Shown here: positions 8,844-19,062 of the stretch, one piece after another
How the letters are laid out: each line of letters opens with the position of its first letter
Numbering within the stretch: position 1 is the stretch's first letter
Assembly (NCBI GenBank): GCA_964595645.1
Contig: CAZQQT010000001.1
Span: 224,001 to 288,000, forward strand
Length of the DNA stretch: 64,000 nucleotides
From: an uncultured Thermococci archaeon
Lineage (GTDB): Archaea; Methanobacteriota_B; Thermococci; Methanofastidiosales; B48-G16
Reading direction: 5' to 3'
Made by a program: the position numbers and the translations under genes
The notes under the pieces: model-generated
Databases searched by the model: none
Seen by the model: the letters and a program-made list of their open reading frames with translations, nothing else
What the model was told of the DNA's origin: nothing

Positions 8844-10418
8844 ATGAGCAAGGTAGTAAAAAAAAGCGTACCCTTACTTCTTATCATATTTCTTTTGGCA
8901 GATGTGGGGATAGGTGCATATATATTTACCAAAACAACGAGAGAAAAAACTCCAGAAGGTTCATTTCCTTTAAGGGGTGTTGACTTTTTCGATCTCTCGA
9001 GTGGGGGAGAAGTGGCAGCTATCGGGTATAAAAATACTGTTTCATATCTTCAAATGAACAAACGAGAAAATCTCTGGGAGTATACGCTGGACTCTGAGGT
9101 AACCGCTGTATCTATCTCTTCCAATACAAAATTTGTTGCGACGAGTGACGCGAATAATAATCTGTATCTTATTTTTAGAGGAGTACGAAATAATCCAAAT
9201 TTAATTTTTAAACAGAGTATAGATAAAAAGATAGAAAAATTGGATCTTTATTGCGTAGGAGATTATTTTTACGTCCTTAGACTTGTCGTATTTACCAAAG
9301 ATAGTATTTATCTCTTCTCTCTCGATGAAAAAGGACCTTTATGGTCATATACATTGGAAGAGGAAATTACTACTCCCAAACTATCATACAACGGAAAATG
9401 GATTGTTGCAGGTACAGCTAGTGGGAATTTATATCTTTTTTCCACGTTCAAGCAAGAGCTTACCAAGGAATACTCTTTAAACTCCGAAATAACCTCTCTT
9501 TCAATTTCTCCATATGGCGATAATATTTTCGTAGGATGCAAAAATGGCTCAGCGTTCATGATGTCCTCTGAAAAAGGGCTTCTATGGCAGAAAAACATGG
9601 ATTCTAAGGTAGTATTTACCTCCACGAATATAAAAGGAAGAAAGTCTTTTCTGAAGACAAAAAACGGTAACTTTTTCCTTTTCAATGAAGAGGGAGACAT
9701 AATAAGAACATTTAAAAATGAGAAAGCCGTTCCTCACTTCTCTCAGTGGACCTCAAATTTTGTTCTTGTGGAGGGAGCCACATTGAGATACTTCAAGGAG
9801 GACAGAGAAACTCCTGTGTGGGTGTACCGGGGAGATACTCCTCCACGTAAAGTATCGTCAAATATGGCGTTTGATGAGATCCTTGCGGTCTATGATACCA
9901 ATTTTGATCTTTTTACGAAAGACTATGTACTTATTCTCGGTTCCAGAGAAGCATGGAGCCTTCTTGCAATTCTCGTACTTCTGCAGGTAGCCATCTGCCT
10001 TTATCTTCCTAGAAAAGAGATGATCGATATACAGGGATTTATAAAAAGCCAAGATTTTAGAGATATCCTCATATCTACAGTTATCGGTGGTGCTGTCGGA
10101 GTAGCATTTGTCTATCGATTCATGAAAACCTATGTCCCCGAAATAATTGTGCTGGTGATAGCTGTGAGCATATTCTCCAGCTGGAACTATATAATATCTG
10201 AAAAAGGAAAGGCAGGTATTATTTTGGGCTGGATTTACGGTGTTTTTGCATCAGTGATTTTGGGAGCGCTTATAGGAATTTTTATGTGGTTAGGAGGCAC
10301 TGAACAGTCCATATTTACTACTATGGCCGTATACGCATTTGTAGGTGTTTTTACAGGTATACTCATTGGATTGGTTGCGGCAGTAGCTACTGCTGTGGTA
10401 GATTCTTTTTTTGAGTAG
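8844..10418 (+). CDS. Membrane protein with WD40/PQQ-like beta-propeller and C-terminal multi-TM domain
   Basis: Repeats LWEYTL..VTAVSISS, LWSYTL..LSYNGKWIVAGTASGNLYLF, ITSLSISPYGDNIFVG; N-terminal TM and about 5 C-terminal TMs. Confidence 0.75.
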   Translation: MSKVVKKSVPLLLIIFLLADVGIGAYIFTKTTREKTPEGSFPLRGVDFFDLSSGGEVAAIGYKNTVSYLQMNKRENLWEYTLDSEVTAVSISSNTKFVATSDANNNLYLIFRGVRNNPNLIFKQSIDKKIEKLDLYCVGDYFYVLRLVVFTKDSIYLFSLDEKGPLWSYTLEEEITTPKLSYNGKWIVAGTASGNLYLFSTFKQELTKEYSLNSEITSLSISPYGDNIFVGCKNGSAFMMSSEKGLLWQKNMDSKVVFTSTNIKGRKSFLKTKNGNFFLFNEEGDIIRTFKNEKAVPHFSQWTSNFVLVEGATLRYFKEDRETPVWVYRGDTPPRKVSSNMAFDEILAVYDTNFDLFTKDYVLILGSREAWSLLAILVLLQVAICLYLPRKEMIDIQGFIKSQDFRDILISTVIGGAVGVAFVYRFMKTYVPEIIVLVIAVSIFSSWNYIISEKGKAGIILGWIYGVFASVILGALIGIFMWLGGTEQSIFTTMAVYAFVGVFTGILIGLVAAVATAVVDSFFE

Positions 10419-10427
10419 TGGTCCCCT

Positions 10428-11240
10428 ATGAAGAAAACTGCAGTATATAAGGATATGTTGAAGCTCATTGCAATATCATTATTTATTGTTTTCTTCATCT
10501 TTGTCCTCGGAGGATCCTTCAACCCACTAATTTGGAAACAGCAGTGTATGAGAAGATTGCAGCCCTCTATTCTGGTGAGGCCAGACTCTTCCGCAATAAA
10601 TGAATTAAACGAGGAATTTAATCAATCATATGATCATATATTTATTTTAGGGAGAGGAGAACTATATAGAAAATTTTATGGTGACAGCCTGAATTCAGAA
10701 GTAGAGAGTAATTTTTATTTCGATGAGCTCATAATCGAACTATCTTATAGGTACATTCTCTCCCAAGTCACCTATGAGGAAGATATCAGGAACCATTATA
10801 GTTTGGATCATCTCGCGACGCCTTCAGAAGTTCTGGAAAAGGGGGCAGATGACTGTGATGGACAGGCGGTTCTCATTACGTCTCTGTTGAGACATCGCGG
10901 ATATAATGCTTTTGTAGTAATGGGATATTCTCACGTGTGGGCAGAGGTTCTCCTGGATGATACTGTTCTTACCATAAATAATCCCAAGAACTACACAGAA
11001 TGGTACTGCAAGTTCAATGAAAACACTGTTCAGTGGAATTTTTATCGCTTTTTCTATCTTTTTACAGGATTTTTTCTTTTAGTTTTTTCTCCCCTCGCCG
11101 CTGTCTACTTCTCCTACAAAAGAAACGTCATTGAGCATATTCTTGAATACATGTATTTTTTTAGATATATTCTCGTGCTACTCGCTGCCTTCCTCTTATT
11201 CATTTTTATTGTCTTTGGTACTATACGTATCATTATGTAA
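10428..11240 (+). CDS. Membrane-anchored transglutaminase-like cysteine protease domain protein
   Basis: TPSEVLEKGADDCDGQAVLITSLLR and HVWAEV (Cys-His motifs); 1 N-terminal and 2 C-terminal TMs. Confidence 0.8.
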   Translation: MKKTAVYKDMLKLIAISLFIVFFIFVLGGSFNPLIWKQQCMRRLQPSILVRPDSSAINELNEEFNQSYDHIFILGRGELYRKFYGDSLNSEVESNFYFDELIIELSYRYILSQVTYEEDIRNHYSLDHLATPSEVLEKGADDCDGQAVLITSLLRHRGYNAFVVMGYSHVWAEVLLDDTVLTINNPKNYTEWYCKFNENTVQWNFYRFFYLFTGFFLLVFSPLAAVYFSYKRNVIEHILEYMYFFRYILVLLAAFLLFIFIVFGTIRIIM

Positions 11241-11281
11241 CCCTAGAAAGGTATTAAAACGATCCCACACATCTACATACA

Positions 11282-11629
11282 ATGTTTGATTTTGAGTATG
11301 ATCCGAATGGGGATGGCATTGAGAAGATTCTAGGACGTCTGGAAGGAAGAATAATGGAGATTATGTGGGAGAAAGAGAAGGCTACAGCTAAGGAGATATT
11401 TGAAGCTCTCGATATAGGGAAGCGATCCAGTGTGAGTATTCTCCTCAAACGTCTCTGTGAAAAGGGTCTGCTTTCCCGTGAACAAGAGGTAGCCAAGGGA
11501 GGTACCCGGTACGTGTATTCGGTGAAAATAGATAAAGTAACATTCGAGAGGCATGTGGTTCAGAAAGTAATGGATTCACTCATGGAAACATTTGGGGATC
11601 GAGTAAAAGAGTATTTAGAGGAGCGTTAG
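11282..11629 (+). CDS. BlaI/MecI/CopY-family transcriptional regulator
   Basis: LGRLEGRIMEIMW..TAKEIFEAL..VSILLKRLCEKGLLSR..YVYS wHTH signature. Confidence 0.85.
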   Translation: MFDFEYDPNGDGIEKILGRLEGRIMEIMWEKEKATAKEIFEALDIGKRSSVSILLKRLCEKGLLSREQEVAKGGTRYVYSVKIDKVTFERHVVQKVMDSLMETFGDRVKEYLEER

Positions 11630-12145
11630 GTTATCCTCATTGAGATAGGTGCATGTTTTTTTGTATGCGATGCTTTCTAACGGTCTTTTTTCCTTTATCA
11701 GACGCATGATCTTTTCAATTGTTTTTTCTATAGAAGTATTTTCTATTTCAAATACTTTTTCAGGATCATTATGTTCCGCAGCAGAGACAAGGCAGGAGTC
11801 AAGTATTTCTGCCAAGAGGTTTTCTCGTACTTTCTTTGGACCAAATTTTTTTTCCAGACGAGTCTTCAGCATTTGGGGCGGACACCGCAGTACAAAGGTA
11901 ATATCGGGATCGAGCTGTTCGGCGTAATGGCCGTCAAATACTACGTTGTCCATATCTCTTACGATGTTCTTGAGCGATTCTTCATCGACAACTCTCGTAT
12001 TTCTCTCTGCATCCTCTTCAACTGCCAGTCCGTGGTTTTCTGCGAACTTACCGAGATTAATGTAGCGATACTCCAGTTTCTCAGCAATTATTTGTGCCAT
12101 TGTTGTCTTTCCCGTACCCGGTGTTCCTGTTACTGCAATTCTCAT
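11615..12145 (-). CDS. Adenylate kinase AK6/Fap7 family
   Basis: MRIAVTGTPGTGKTT, VFDGHY, VLRCPP, KVRENLLAE; start reset to ATG 12145. Confidence 0.88.
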   Translation of the reverse strand: MRIAVTGTPGTGKTTMAQIIAEKLEYRYINLGKFAENHGLAVEEDAERNTRVVDEESLKNIVRDMDNVVFDGHYAEQLDPDITFVLRCPPQMLKTRLEKKFGPKKVRENLLAEILDSCLVSAAEHNDPEKVFEIENTSIEKTIEKIMRLIKEKRPLESIAYKKTCTYLNEDNLTLL

Positions 12146-12266
12146 TGTTTTTTCACCTTTAACTATGCGTGCATGATTGCACTGTCTCCCATTTACGGAT
12201 TTCTTCCAGTGTGTTCCACCATACAACCAATACATTTTTATAAAATTCGTAATAAAAAGCTATCGT

Positions 12267-13472
12267 ATGATGGCATTCGTGTATGTAGTCGCAATTTTTT
12301 CCTTTGCCTTAATTTTCGGCGAGTTAGCTGAAAGATACAATCAGCCAAACGTTATTGGCGAGCTCCTTGGAGGTATTGTAGCAGGGCCTGTGGCCCATAC
12401 AGTTTGCTCCCTCGTTCTTTCTCCTAACCACTCTTTTTTTGAGTACTGGGATCCCACGGTAATCGAGGGTGAGATAAGAGTTCTCATTGATATAGGAATG
12501 GTCATGGTCATGCTGATCGCGGGACTCGGTACCGATCTGGAGGACCTTGTCTCTTCTGGAAGATATTCCATACCTCCTGCCGTTCTCGGTGTTGTTGTTC
12601 CAATGGGCATTGGATATACCATAGGTATATATTTTGGGTATTCACAGATTACCGCTCTTTTTATAGGGGCATCACTTTCCATCACTGCGGTGGCCGTGAG
12701 TGCCAAGACGCTGCTAGATCTGAAAGAGTTGCAGAGCAGAATTGGGACAACAATCCTTGGCGCTGCAATTATCGATGATATCCTCGGTCTCATAATTCTT
12801 TCTCTTTTAGTCAGTCTTATTCAAGGTGAAACGTTTTCTTCTTTAGAAATCCTCAAAATTCTTGCGAAATCTATTGGCTTTTTGTATGGCAGTGTGAAGA
12901 TTGGGGGATATCTTCTTCCACGATTTTTAAAGTACAGAACAAAATTTGGAAAGGAACTGAGGCTTGGCATGATCCTCTTCGCCATGCTCATTTTTTCGAT
13001 TCTAGCACGAATATGCGGGCTCCATGAAATGATAGGAGCGTTTATCGTTGGATTACTCCTAAAAAAAGTGCTCACAGAAGCAGAGATAGACAACCTTGTC
13101 ACCTGGGGACTTGGGTTTTTCACCCCATTGTTCTTCGGATGGATAGGGTTCTCCGTTACATTTTCGGCTGTGTTCAGTGCACTTATGTGGGTCATCCTCG
13201 CAGCGGCAATTATAGGAAAAGTTTTCGGTTGCGGTTTGGGTGCTCGAATTGGCGGGCTCTCTTCCAGAGAGAGCGCGGCTGTCGGGATCGGCATGAATGG
13301 AAGAGGTGCAGTGGAACTTGTACTTGCGGGAATCGGACTGGAGTTTGGAGTAATCAAACAAGATCTTTTTTCTTCTATTGTATTTATGGCGTTTTTCACG
13401 ACATTGCTCACACCAATGCTTTTAAAAATGGTGTTCAGATCAACAGAAAAAGATAAAAAGATGGAAACGTGA
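12267..13472 (+). CDS. CPA2 cation:proton antiporter (KefB/NapA-like)
   Basis: VIGELLGGIVAGP, GAAIIDDILG, IGMNGRG; about 12 TMs. Confidence 0.9.
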   Translation: MMAFVYVVAIFSFALIFGELAERYNQPNVIGELLGGIVAGPVAHTVCSLVLSPNHSFFEYWDPTVIEGEIRVLIDIGMVMVMLIAGLGTDLEDLVSSGRYSIPPAVLGVVVPMGIGYTIGIYFGYSQITALFIGASLSITAVAVSAKTLLDLKELQSRIGTTILGAAIIDDILGLIILSLLVSLIQGETFSSLEILKILAKSIGFLYGSVKIGGYLLPRFLKYRTKFGKELRLGMILFAMLIFSILARICGLHEMIGAFIVGLLLKKVLTEAEIDNLVTWGLGFFTPLFFGWIGFSVTFSAVFSALMWVILAAAIIGKVFGCGLGARIGGLSSRESAAVGIGMNGRGAVELVLAGIGLEFGVIKQDLFSSIVFMAFFTTLLTPMLLKMVFRSTEKDKKMET

Positions 13473-13481
13473 GGATACGTA

Positions 13482-14030
13482 ATGTCTATCAAGGAACGAT
13501 TTTTGCGGCACACCAAAGAAGAGTTAAAAAAGATGCTTGAGGATACCGAGCTTCACAAAGAAGTAAAAGGAAAAAAACCTTCACAAAGAAAAAAAGTACG
13601 ATTTCCAGAGCGGATGAGGGTAAAGGATATCATGAAGGAACCGATAGAGATTAACAAGGATAAAACACTTAAAGATCTCCTTGTCCTTCTAAAAGAAACA
13701 GGAAAAACATGTTTTGTGGTCGTGGATGATGAAGGTGAACTTGAAGGACTAGTCACTGAAAGCGACATCTTAAAGGTGATTAAAAAACCAAAAAAGAAGA
13801 CAGGTATTGGTGGCATCGGGTACAAAGGACTCCTCTTCAGAACAGCAGAGACTGTTGAGGATATTATGACGAGAAAACCAATCCATATCAGATCAGACTG
13901 TAAGATCGAGGAGGCCGCAAGCATCATGAGAGATTACAAAATACGACATCTCCCTGTGATTGACGATGGTGAAATAGTGGGGTCGATCGATTTAAAAGAC
14001 ATACTGTTAGTATTGCGAATCCTCATATAG
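13482..14030 (+). CDS. CBS-domain pair protein
   Basis: VKDIMKEP..VVDDEGELEGLVTESDIL; VEDIMTR..IRHLPVIDDGEIVG. Confidence 0.9.
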   Translation: MSIKERFLRHTKEELKKMLEDTELHKEVKGKKPSQRKKVRFPERMRVKDIMKEPIEINKDKTLKDLLVLLKETGKTCFVVVDDEGELEGLVTESDILKVIKKPKKKTGIGGIGYKGLLFRTAETVEDIMTRKPIHIRSDCKIEEAASIMRDYKIRHLPVIDDGEIVGSIDLKDILLVLRILI

Positions 14031-14038
14031 GCGAGAAC

Positions 14039-15169
14039 ATGAACCTCATTGTAACGGTAATTTTATTCCTTGTATTTGCAAAAATTGGTGAGGAGATTGC
14101 AGAACGAGTAAGAATGCCCCCAGTAATGGGTGAACTCGCCGCGGGAATTATTATAGGTCCTTCCATTCTCGGTATTGTGAGCCCTTCCGAGTTTACCGAG
14201 ACGCTTGGCAATATCGGAATCATCGTGCTTCTTTTCTTAGCAGGCCTCGATACTGATATCTCCGATCTACGAAAATCGGGGAAAGCTTCCTTTCTTTCTG
14301 CGATTGGAGGAGTTGTTTTTCCTATGGTCCTTGGGTTTGCGGCGGCCATTCTTCTTGGATTTCCTCAAAGAGAGAGTATTTTTGTAGGTGCGGTTCTGAT
14401 CGCTACAAGCGTCGGTATTACGGTACGTACACTCATTGACATGAAAAAACTGGAGACGGATGTGGGAATGACCGTGCTTGGTGCTGCAGTGATCGACGAT
14501 GTGATTGGTATTGTGACGCTCACGGTGCTTGGGAGTCTCACCGCCTTTTCTCTTCTTGGTGTGTTTGGAATAATAGGAAAAACACTGTTATTTTTTGCAC
14601 TTTCGCTCTATCTTGGGTTCAAATTCATGCCGTGGATAATGAACAGAGTTCAACGGCTCCATTCTCCCGAGGCGCTTCTCTCCTTTTCATTGATTTTTGT
14701 GCTCGGTATATCTCTCATCGCTGAGAATGTAGGCATTTCAATGATAGTAGGGGCTTTTTTTGCGGGATTAATATTGCACAGGGTTGGTCAAAAAGAGATG
14801 ATCAGCGAAAAAATGTACTCCATCGGATATTCACTTTTTATTCCCTTTTTCTTTGTCAATATTGGCGTGGAAACAAATTTGGGAACTGTATCCAATGTGT
14901 GGCTGCTGGCGCTGACACTTACCATCATTGCCGTGGCAAGTAAGATTATGGGCAGCGGACTTGGAGCAAAATTGGGGGGATTCAGCTACGGTGACTCTGT
15001 GAGGGTAGGAATCGGGATGATACCACGAATGGAGGTTGCGCTAATTATTGCACGGACAGGATTAAACAAAGGTGTGATAGGAGAATCGGTCTTTTCCGTT
15101 ACGATCATTTTAGTAATTGTGACGACACTCATCACGCCTCTCCTTCTCAAACTGGCATTTAAAAAGTAG
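14039..15169 (+). CDS. CPA2 cation:proton antiporter (NapA-like)
   Basis: VMGELAAGIIIGP, ATSVGIT, GAAVIDDVIG, IGMIPRME. Confidence 0.9.
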   Translation: MNLIVTVILFLVFAKIGEEIAERVRMPPVMGELAAGIIIGPSILGIVSPSEFTETLGNIGIIVLLFLAGLDTDISDLRKSGKASFLSAIGGVVFPMVLGFAAAILLGFPQRESIFVGAVLIATSVGITVRTLIDMKKLETDVGMTVLGAAVIDDVIGIVTLTVLGSLTAFSLLGVFGIIGKTLLFFALSLYLGFKFMPWIMNRVQRLHSPEALLSFSLIFVLGISLIAENVGISMIVGAFFAGLILHRVGQKEMISEKMYSIGYSLFIPFFFVNIGVETNLGTVSNVWLLALTLTIIAVASKIMGSGLGAKLGGFSYGDSVRVGIGMIPRMEVALIIARTGLNKGVIGESVFSVTIILVIVTTLITPLLLKLAFKK

Positions 15170-15325
15170 TATAGTGTGGAATGAAGTCGCAACTTTTTTA
15201 AATGAGTATCTTTTGTTGTATCATGGTTCCCTACAGCACTTGAAACCGATAGCTTTTTATGCGAATCTGAAGTTTTTATACGTAACACCAACGGATAACA
15301 AAAATGAAGGATGAGGTGAAATAAA

Positions 15326-15673
15326 ATGGAAGTACCAAAAGACATGATAAATAGAGCATATGAGATATTAGAGACTGCACGAGATACTGGGAAGGTTGCG
15401 AAAGGCACAAATGAGACGACTAAAAGAATCGACAGAGGAGATGCTGTTTTTGTATATATTGCGGAGGATGTTCAACCGAAGGAGATCGTTGTCCATCTTC
15501 CCATCATCTGCGATGAAAAGTCTGTGCCGTATATTCACGTGCCCAGAAAGGATGAACTTGGAAATGCAGCAGGAATAGGCGTGCCTGCAGCATCTGTATG
15601 CATTGTTGATCCAGGCAAGGATAAGAAACGGCTGGATCAGTTAGTAAAAAAGCTTAATGAGTTAAAAGAGTGA
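15326..15673 (+). CDS. rpl7ae: 50S ribosomal protein L7Ae
   Basis: [30 protein letters not shown]. Confidence 0.97.
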   Translation: MEVPKDMINRAYEILETARDTGKVAKGTNETTKRIDRGDAVFVYIAEDVQPKEIVVHLPIICDEKSVPYIHVPRKDELGNAAGIGVPAASVCIVDPGKDKKRLDQLVKKLNELKE

Positions 15674-15677
15674 TACC

Positions 15678-15890
15678 ATGGCAGATGAAGGGATCCCTGC
15701 AGAGGTCATCGAGGTGAGGGCAAGAACTGGAGTGACTGGAGAGGTATTCCAGGTGAAGTGCAAGGTACTCTCTGGAGGAGATGAAGGGAGAATCCTCACC
15801 CGAAATGTGAAGGGACCTGTAGAGACTGGAGATGTACTGATGCTGCGCGAGACAGAGAGAGAAGCACGAGAAATCAAGGCTCCGAGGTGA
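15678..15890 (+). CDS. rps28e: 30S ribosomal protein S28e
   Basis: [29 protein letters not shown]. Confidence 0.97.
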   Translation: MADEGIPAEVIEVRARTGVTGEVFQVKCKVLSGGDEGRILTRNVKGPVETGDVLMLRETEREAREIKAPR

Positions 15891-15895
15891 TATAG

Positions 15896-16096
15896 ATGCC
15901 TAGAACGCGAATTTGTTCATTTTGTGGTAAAGAGATCGAACCTGGAACCGGAAAGATGTATGTAAAGAAAGATGGAACCGTACTTACGTTCTGTTCCTCC
16001 AAATGTGAGAAAAACATGATCAAGCTCAATAGAAAACCGCGGAAGGTGGAATGGACAAAAGACTACAGGAAAGAGAAGGAACTGAGGGTGAAATGA
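15896..16096 (+). CDS. rpl24e: 50S ribosomal protein L24e
   Basis: [26 protein letters not shown]. Confidence 0.97.
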   Translation: MPRTRICSFCGKEIEPGTGKMYVKKDGTVLTFCSSKCEKNMIKLNRKPRKVEWTKDYRKEKELRVK

Positions 16097-16097
16097 G

Positions 16098-16541
16098 ATG
16101 GAACGAACACTGGTGCTTGTTAAACCGGATGGCGTATTACGTGGGCTGATCGGAGAATCTCTGACACGAATCGAACAGAAAAACTTGAAGATCGTGGCAA
16201 TGAAGATGGTGCAGATCAGTGATGAGATGGCAGAGGAACATTACAAAGAACACACAGAAAAGCCGTTTTTCGGTGATCTCATTGAGTATATCACTCTTGC
16301 GCCAGTAGTTGCCATGGTGGTTGAGGGAAGGAATGCGATACCGATCATGCGAATACTGGCAGGAAGCACAGACCCAGAAGAGGCAGCACCCGGAAGCATC
16401 CGAGGGGATTTTGGGTTCAACACACCAAAGTATATGTGCAACGTTGTCCACGCATCGGACTCTCCTGCCTCGGCAAAACGGGAGATAGATCTGTTCTTTG
16501 ACGAGGAAGAGATTCTCGAGCATGAAAGTATTGTGATCTGA
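16098..16541 (+). CDS. ndk: Nucleoside diphosphate kinase
   Basis: ERTLVLVKPDG, PGSIRGDF, NVVHASDS. Confidence 0.97.
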   Translation: MERTLVLVKPDGVLRGLIGESLTRIEQKNLKIVAMKMVQISDEMAEEHYKEHTEKPFFGDLIEYITLAPVVAMVVEGRNAIPIMRILAGSTDPEEAAPGSIRGDFGFNTPKYMCNVVHASDSPASAKREIDLFFDEEEILEHESIVI

Positions 16542-18310
16542 TGGTTACCCGTCAGCCTATTATCTCTGTACTGGGTCATGTAGATCATGGAAAAACGACA
16601 CTGTTAGATAACATTAGGGGTACGGCAGTTGCTGGAGGCGAGGCCGGTGGAATCACACAGCATATTGGTGCCACCGAAGTACCAATGGAATCAATAAAGG
16701 AGATATGTGGGGAACTTTTAGAAGATTCTGCACTGAAAATTCCTGGGATCTTATTCATTGATACACCAGGTCACGAAGCATTTACCACACTGCGGTCCAG
16801 AGGAGGAAGTCTTGCAGATCTCGCCGTGCTTGTGATCGATATAAACGAAGGAATACAGCCGCAGACCATGGAGTCCATTGATATTCTGAAGAATTTTAAA
16901 GTTCCATTTATTATCATTGCGAATAAAATAGATCTCGCTGGGAGATTCAGGGTGAAGAAGGAGAAAAAACGATACACGTTTTCTGAGGCGTATGAGGATC
17001 AGAATGAACAGATGAAGGAGATACTGGATAATAAGATCTGGAAACTGGTAGGAGATCTGTACGAACATGAATTTGAGGCGGATCGATTTGACAGAGTAAA
17101 GAATTTTAGAAAGAAGATAGCAATCGTTCCCTGTTCGGCCAAGTATGGGATAGGTGTTTCAGAGGTCATGATGCTCATAGCCGGTCTTTCTCAGCGCTTT
17201 TTAGAGAAAAAATTAAATATTGATGTAGAAGATCCTGCCAAAGGGAATGTTCTTGAGGTAAAGGAGGAAGTAGGGCTCGGCACTACTATCGATGTGATCG
17301 TATACGATGGAACACTGAATGCCAGCGATACCATTGTGCTCGGAGGAAAAAATGATGTAATTATCACGAATATCCGAAGCCTCCTGAAACCGAAGCCCTT
17401 AGATGAAATACGAGATCCGAAGTTCCGGTTTGAACAGGTGCAGAGTGTCACGGCAGCGGCGGGTATAAAAATCTCAGCGCCGAACCTCGAAGAGGCACTC
17501 GCAGGATCACCACTATACGCAACGGATGGAGATGTAGAAACAGTTGCTGGGGAAGTGAGGAAGGAGATAGGGCGGATGAAGATCAGTACGGAACAGACGG
17601 GAATTATTCTGAAGGCGGACACTCTCGGCAGTCTTGAAGCACTGGTGAAAACGTTTAGATCCAAGGATTTTGCCATCAGAAAAGCGGATGTCGGCGATGT
17701 GAACAAGCTCGATGTAACGGAAGCCCTCTCAGTAAAGGAGAAGGATATGTATAAAGGAGTAATTGTCGCGTTCAATGTGGATGTTCTTGAAGGTGCGAGG
17801 GAGACGGCAGAAAATAAGAGAGTGACAATATTTGAGGACAATGTCATCTATAAAATAATTGAAGATTATGAGGAATGGGTAAAAAAGAAAAAGGAAGAAG
17901 AGAAACGCAAACGACTGGCAGGCGTTGTAAGACCCGGGAAGATCGAAATATTACGAGATTTTGTATTTCGTGTTTCTAAACCGGCAATTGTAGGTGTAAG
18001 GGTCTTTGCTGGAGAAATAAGACCCGATTTGGGCCTTATTAAAGAGAATGGAGAATTTGGTGGAAATATAAAATCAATAAAGACACAGGATGATTTCCTG
18101 AAATCCGCGAAAGAGGGTGAGGAAGTTGCTGTGGCCCTCACTGGCGTGACTGTGGGGCGGCAGATAAAAGAAGGGGAAGTTTTATATGTTGATGTACCCG
18201 AAAGCAGTGTGAGAAAAATGGATGAATTGGAACTCGATGTGTCTGAGAAGGACACACTGGAAGAATTTTTAAAGATTAAACGAAAAGAAAATAGTTTATG
18301 GGGCGTATAA
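16541..18310 (+). CDS. infB: Translation initiation factor aIF5B (IF-2)
   Basis: [47 protein letters not shown]; no intein. Confidence 0.97.
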   Translation: MVTRQPIISVLGHVDHGKTTLLDNIRGTAVAGGEAGGITQHIGATEVPMESIKEICGELLEDSALKIPGILFIDTPGHEAFTTLRSRGGSLADLAVLVIDINEGIQPQTMESIDILKNFKVPFIIIANKIDLAGRFRVKKEKKRYTFSEAYEDQNEQMKEILDNKIWKLVGDLYEHEFEADRFDRVKNFRKKIAIVPCSAKYGIGVSEVMMLIAGLSQRFLEKKLNIDVEDPAKGNVLEVKEEVGLGTTIDVIVYDGTLNASDTIVLGGKNDVIITNIRSLLKPKPLDEIRDPKFRFEQVQSVTAAAGIKISAPNLEEALAGSPLYATDGDVETVAGEVRKEIGRMKISTEQTGIILKADTLGSLEALVKTFRSKDFAIRKADVGDVNKLDVTEALSVKEKDMYKGVIVAFNVDVLEGARETAENKRVTIFEDNVIYKIIEDYEEWVKKKKEEEKRKRLAGVVRPGKIEILRDFVFRVSKPAIVGVRVFAGEIRPDLGLIKENGEFGGNIKSIKTQDDFLKSAKEGEEVAVALTGVTVGRQIKEGEVLYVDVPESSVRKMDELELDVSEKDTLEEFLKIKRKENSLWGV

Positions 18311-18311
18311 T

Positions 18312-19055
18312 ATGGAAGTGAAAGTAGTAGTATCATATCCTGACGGAAGAAGCGAACAAAAAGAGTTGCGAGACGAGAAAGCTAACTCATTACTCGGTAA
18401 AAAGATTGGAGATATCATTGAAGGAGGAATACTCGACGTACAGGGCGATCTTATGATCACAGGAGGAAGTGATAGAGACGGTTTCGCTATGAAAAAAGAT
18501 ATCGATGGACCAGTGAGAAGAAAGGTCCTTCTCTCTGGAGGCGTTGGATTTAATCCGACACGAGATGGAGAACGGCGAAAGAAACGAGTGCGTGGAAACA
18601 TGATCACCACCGAGACAATTCAAGTCAACACAAAGGTTATTGAACAGCCCACAGAGAAGAAGGAGAAGCCAAAAAAAGAAAAGCCAAAGAAAAAGAAACG
18701 TGAAAAAGAGAAACCAAAGAAAGAAAAGAAGAAGCCAGAAGAAGAGATAAAGGAAGAAGAAAAACCCGGGGAACCCGAAAAACCAGAGAAACCTGAACCT
18801 GAACTTGAGAAGGAAGAAGAAGCTGCAGAGCCAGAAAAAGAACCAGAACCAGAGGAAGAAAAAGTCGAAAAAGGACCAGCGACGCCTCTCACCGATGTGA
18901 AGGGTATAGGGAAGAAGAGAGCTGAAAAATTTGAGCAAGCCGGGATTAGAAGTGCAGAAGAGCTTTTATCAATGGAAACAAGTGAACTGATAGAAAAAAC
19001 AGGCCTCTCGGAGAAAATGATAGAGAAGTTCAAAAAGAGAATAGAGGAGAAGTGA
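18312..19055 (+). CDS. rps6e: 30S ribosomal protein S6e with charged linker and C-terminal HhH domain
   Basis: [23 protein letters not shown] in first ~110 aa; K/E/P-rich linker; [15 protein letters not shown] HhH. Confidence 0.93.
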   Translation: MEVKVVVSYPDGRSEQKELRDEKANSLLGKKIGDIIEGGILDVQGDLMITGGSDRDGFAMKKDIDGPVRRKVLLSGGVGFNPTRDGERRKKRVRGNMITTETIQVNTKVIEQPTEKKEKPKKEKPKKKKREKEKPKKEKKKPEEEIKEEEKPGEPEKPEKPEPELEKEEEAAEPEKEPEPEEEKVEKGPATPLTDVKGIGKKRAEKFEQAGIRSAEELLSMETSELIEKTGLSEKMIEKFKKRIEEK

Positions 19056-19062
19056 TCCATCG

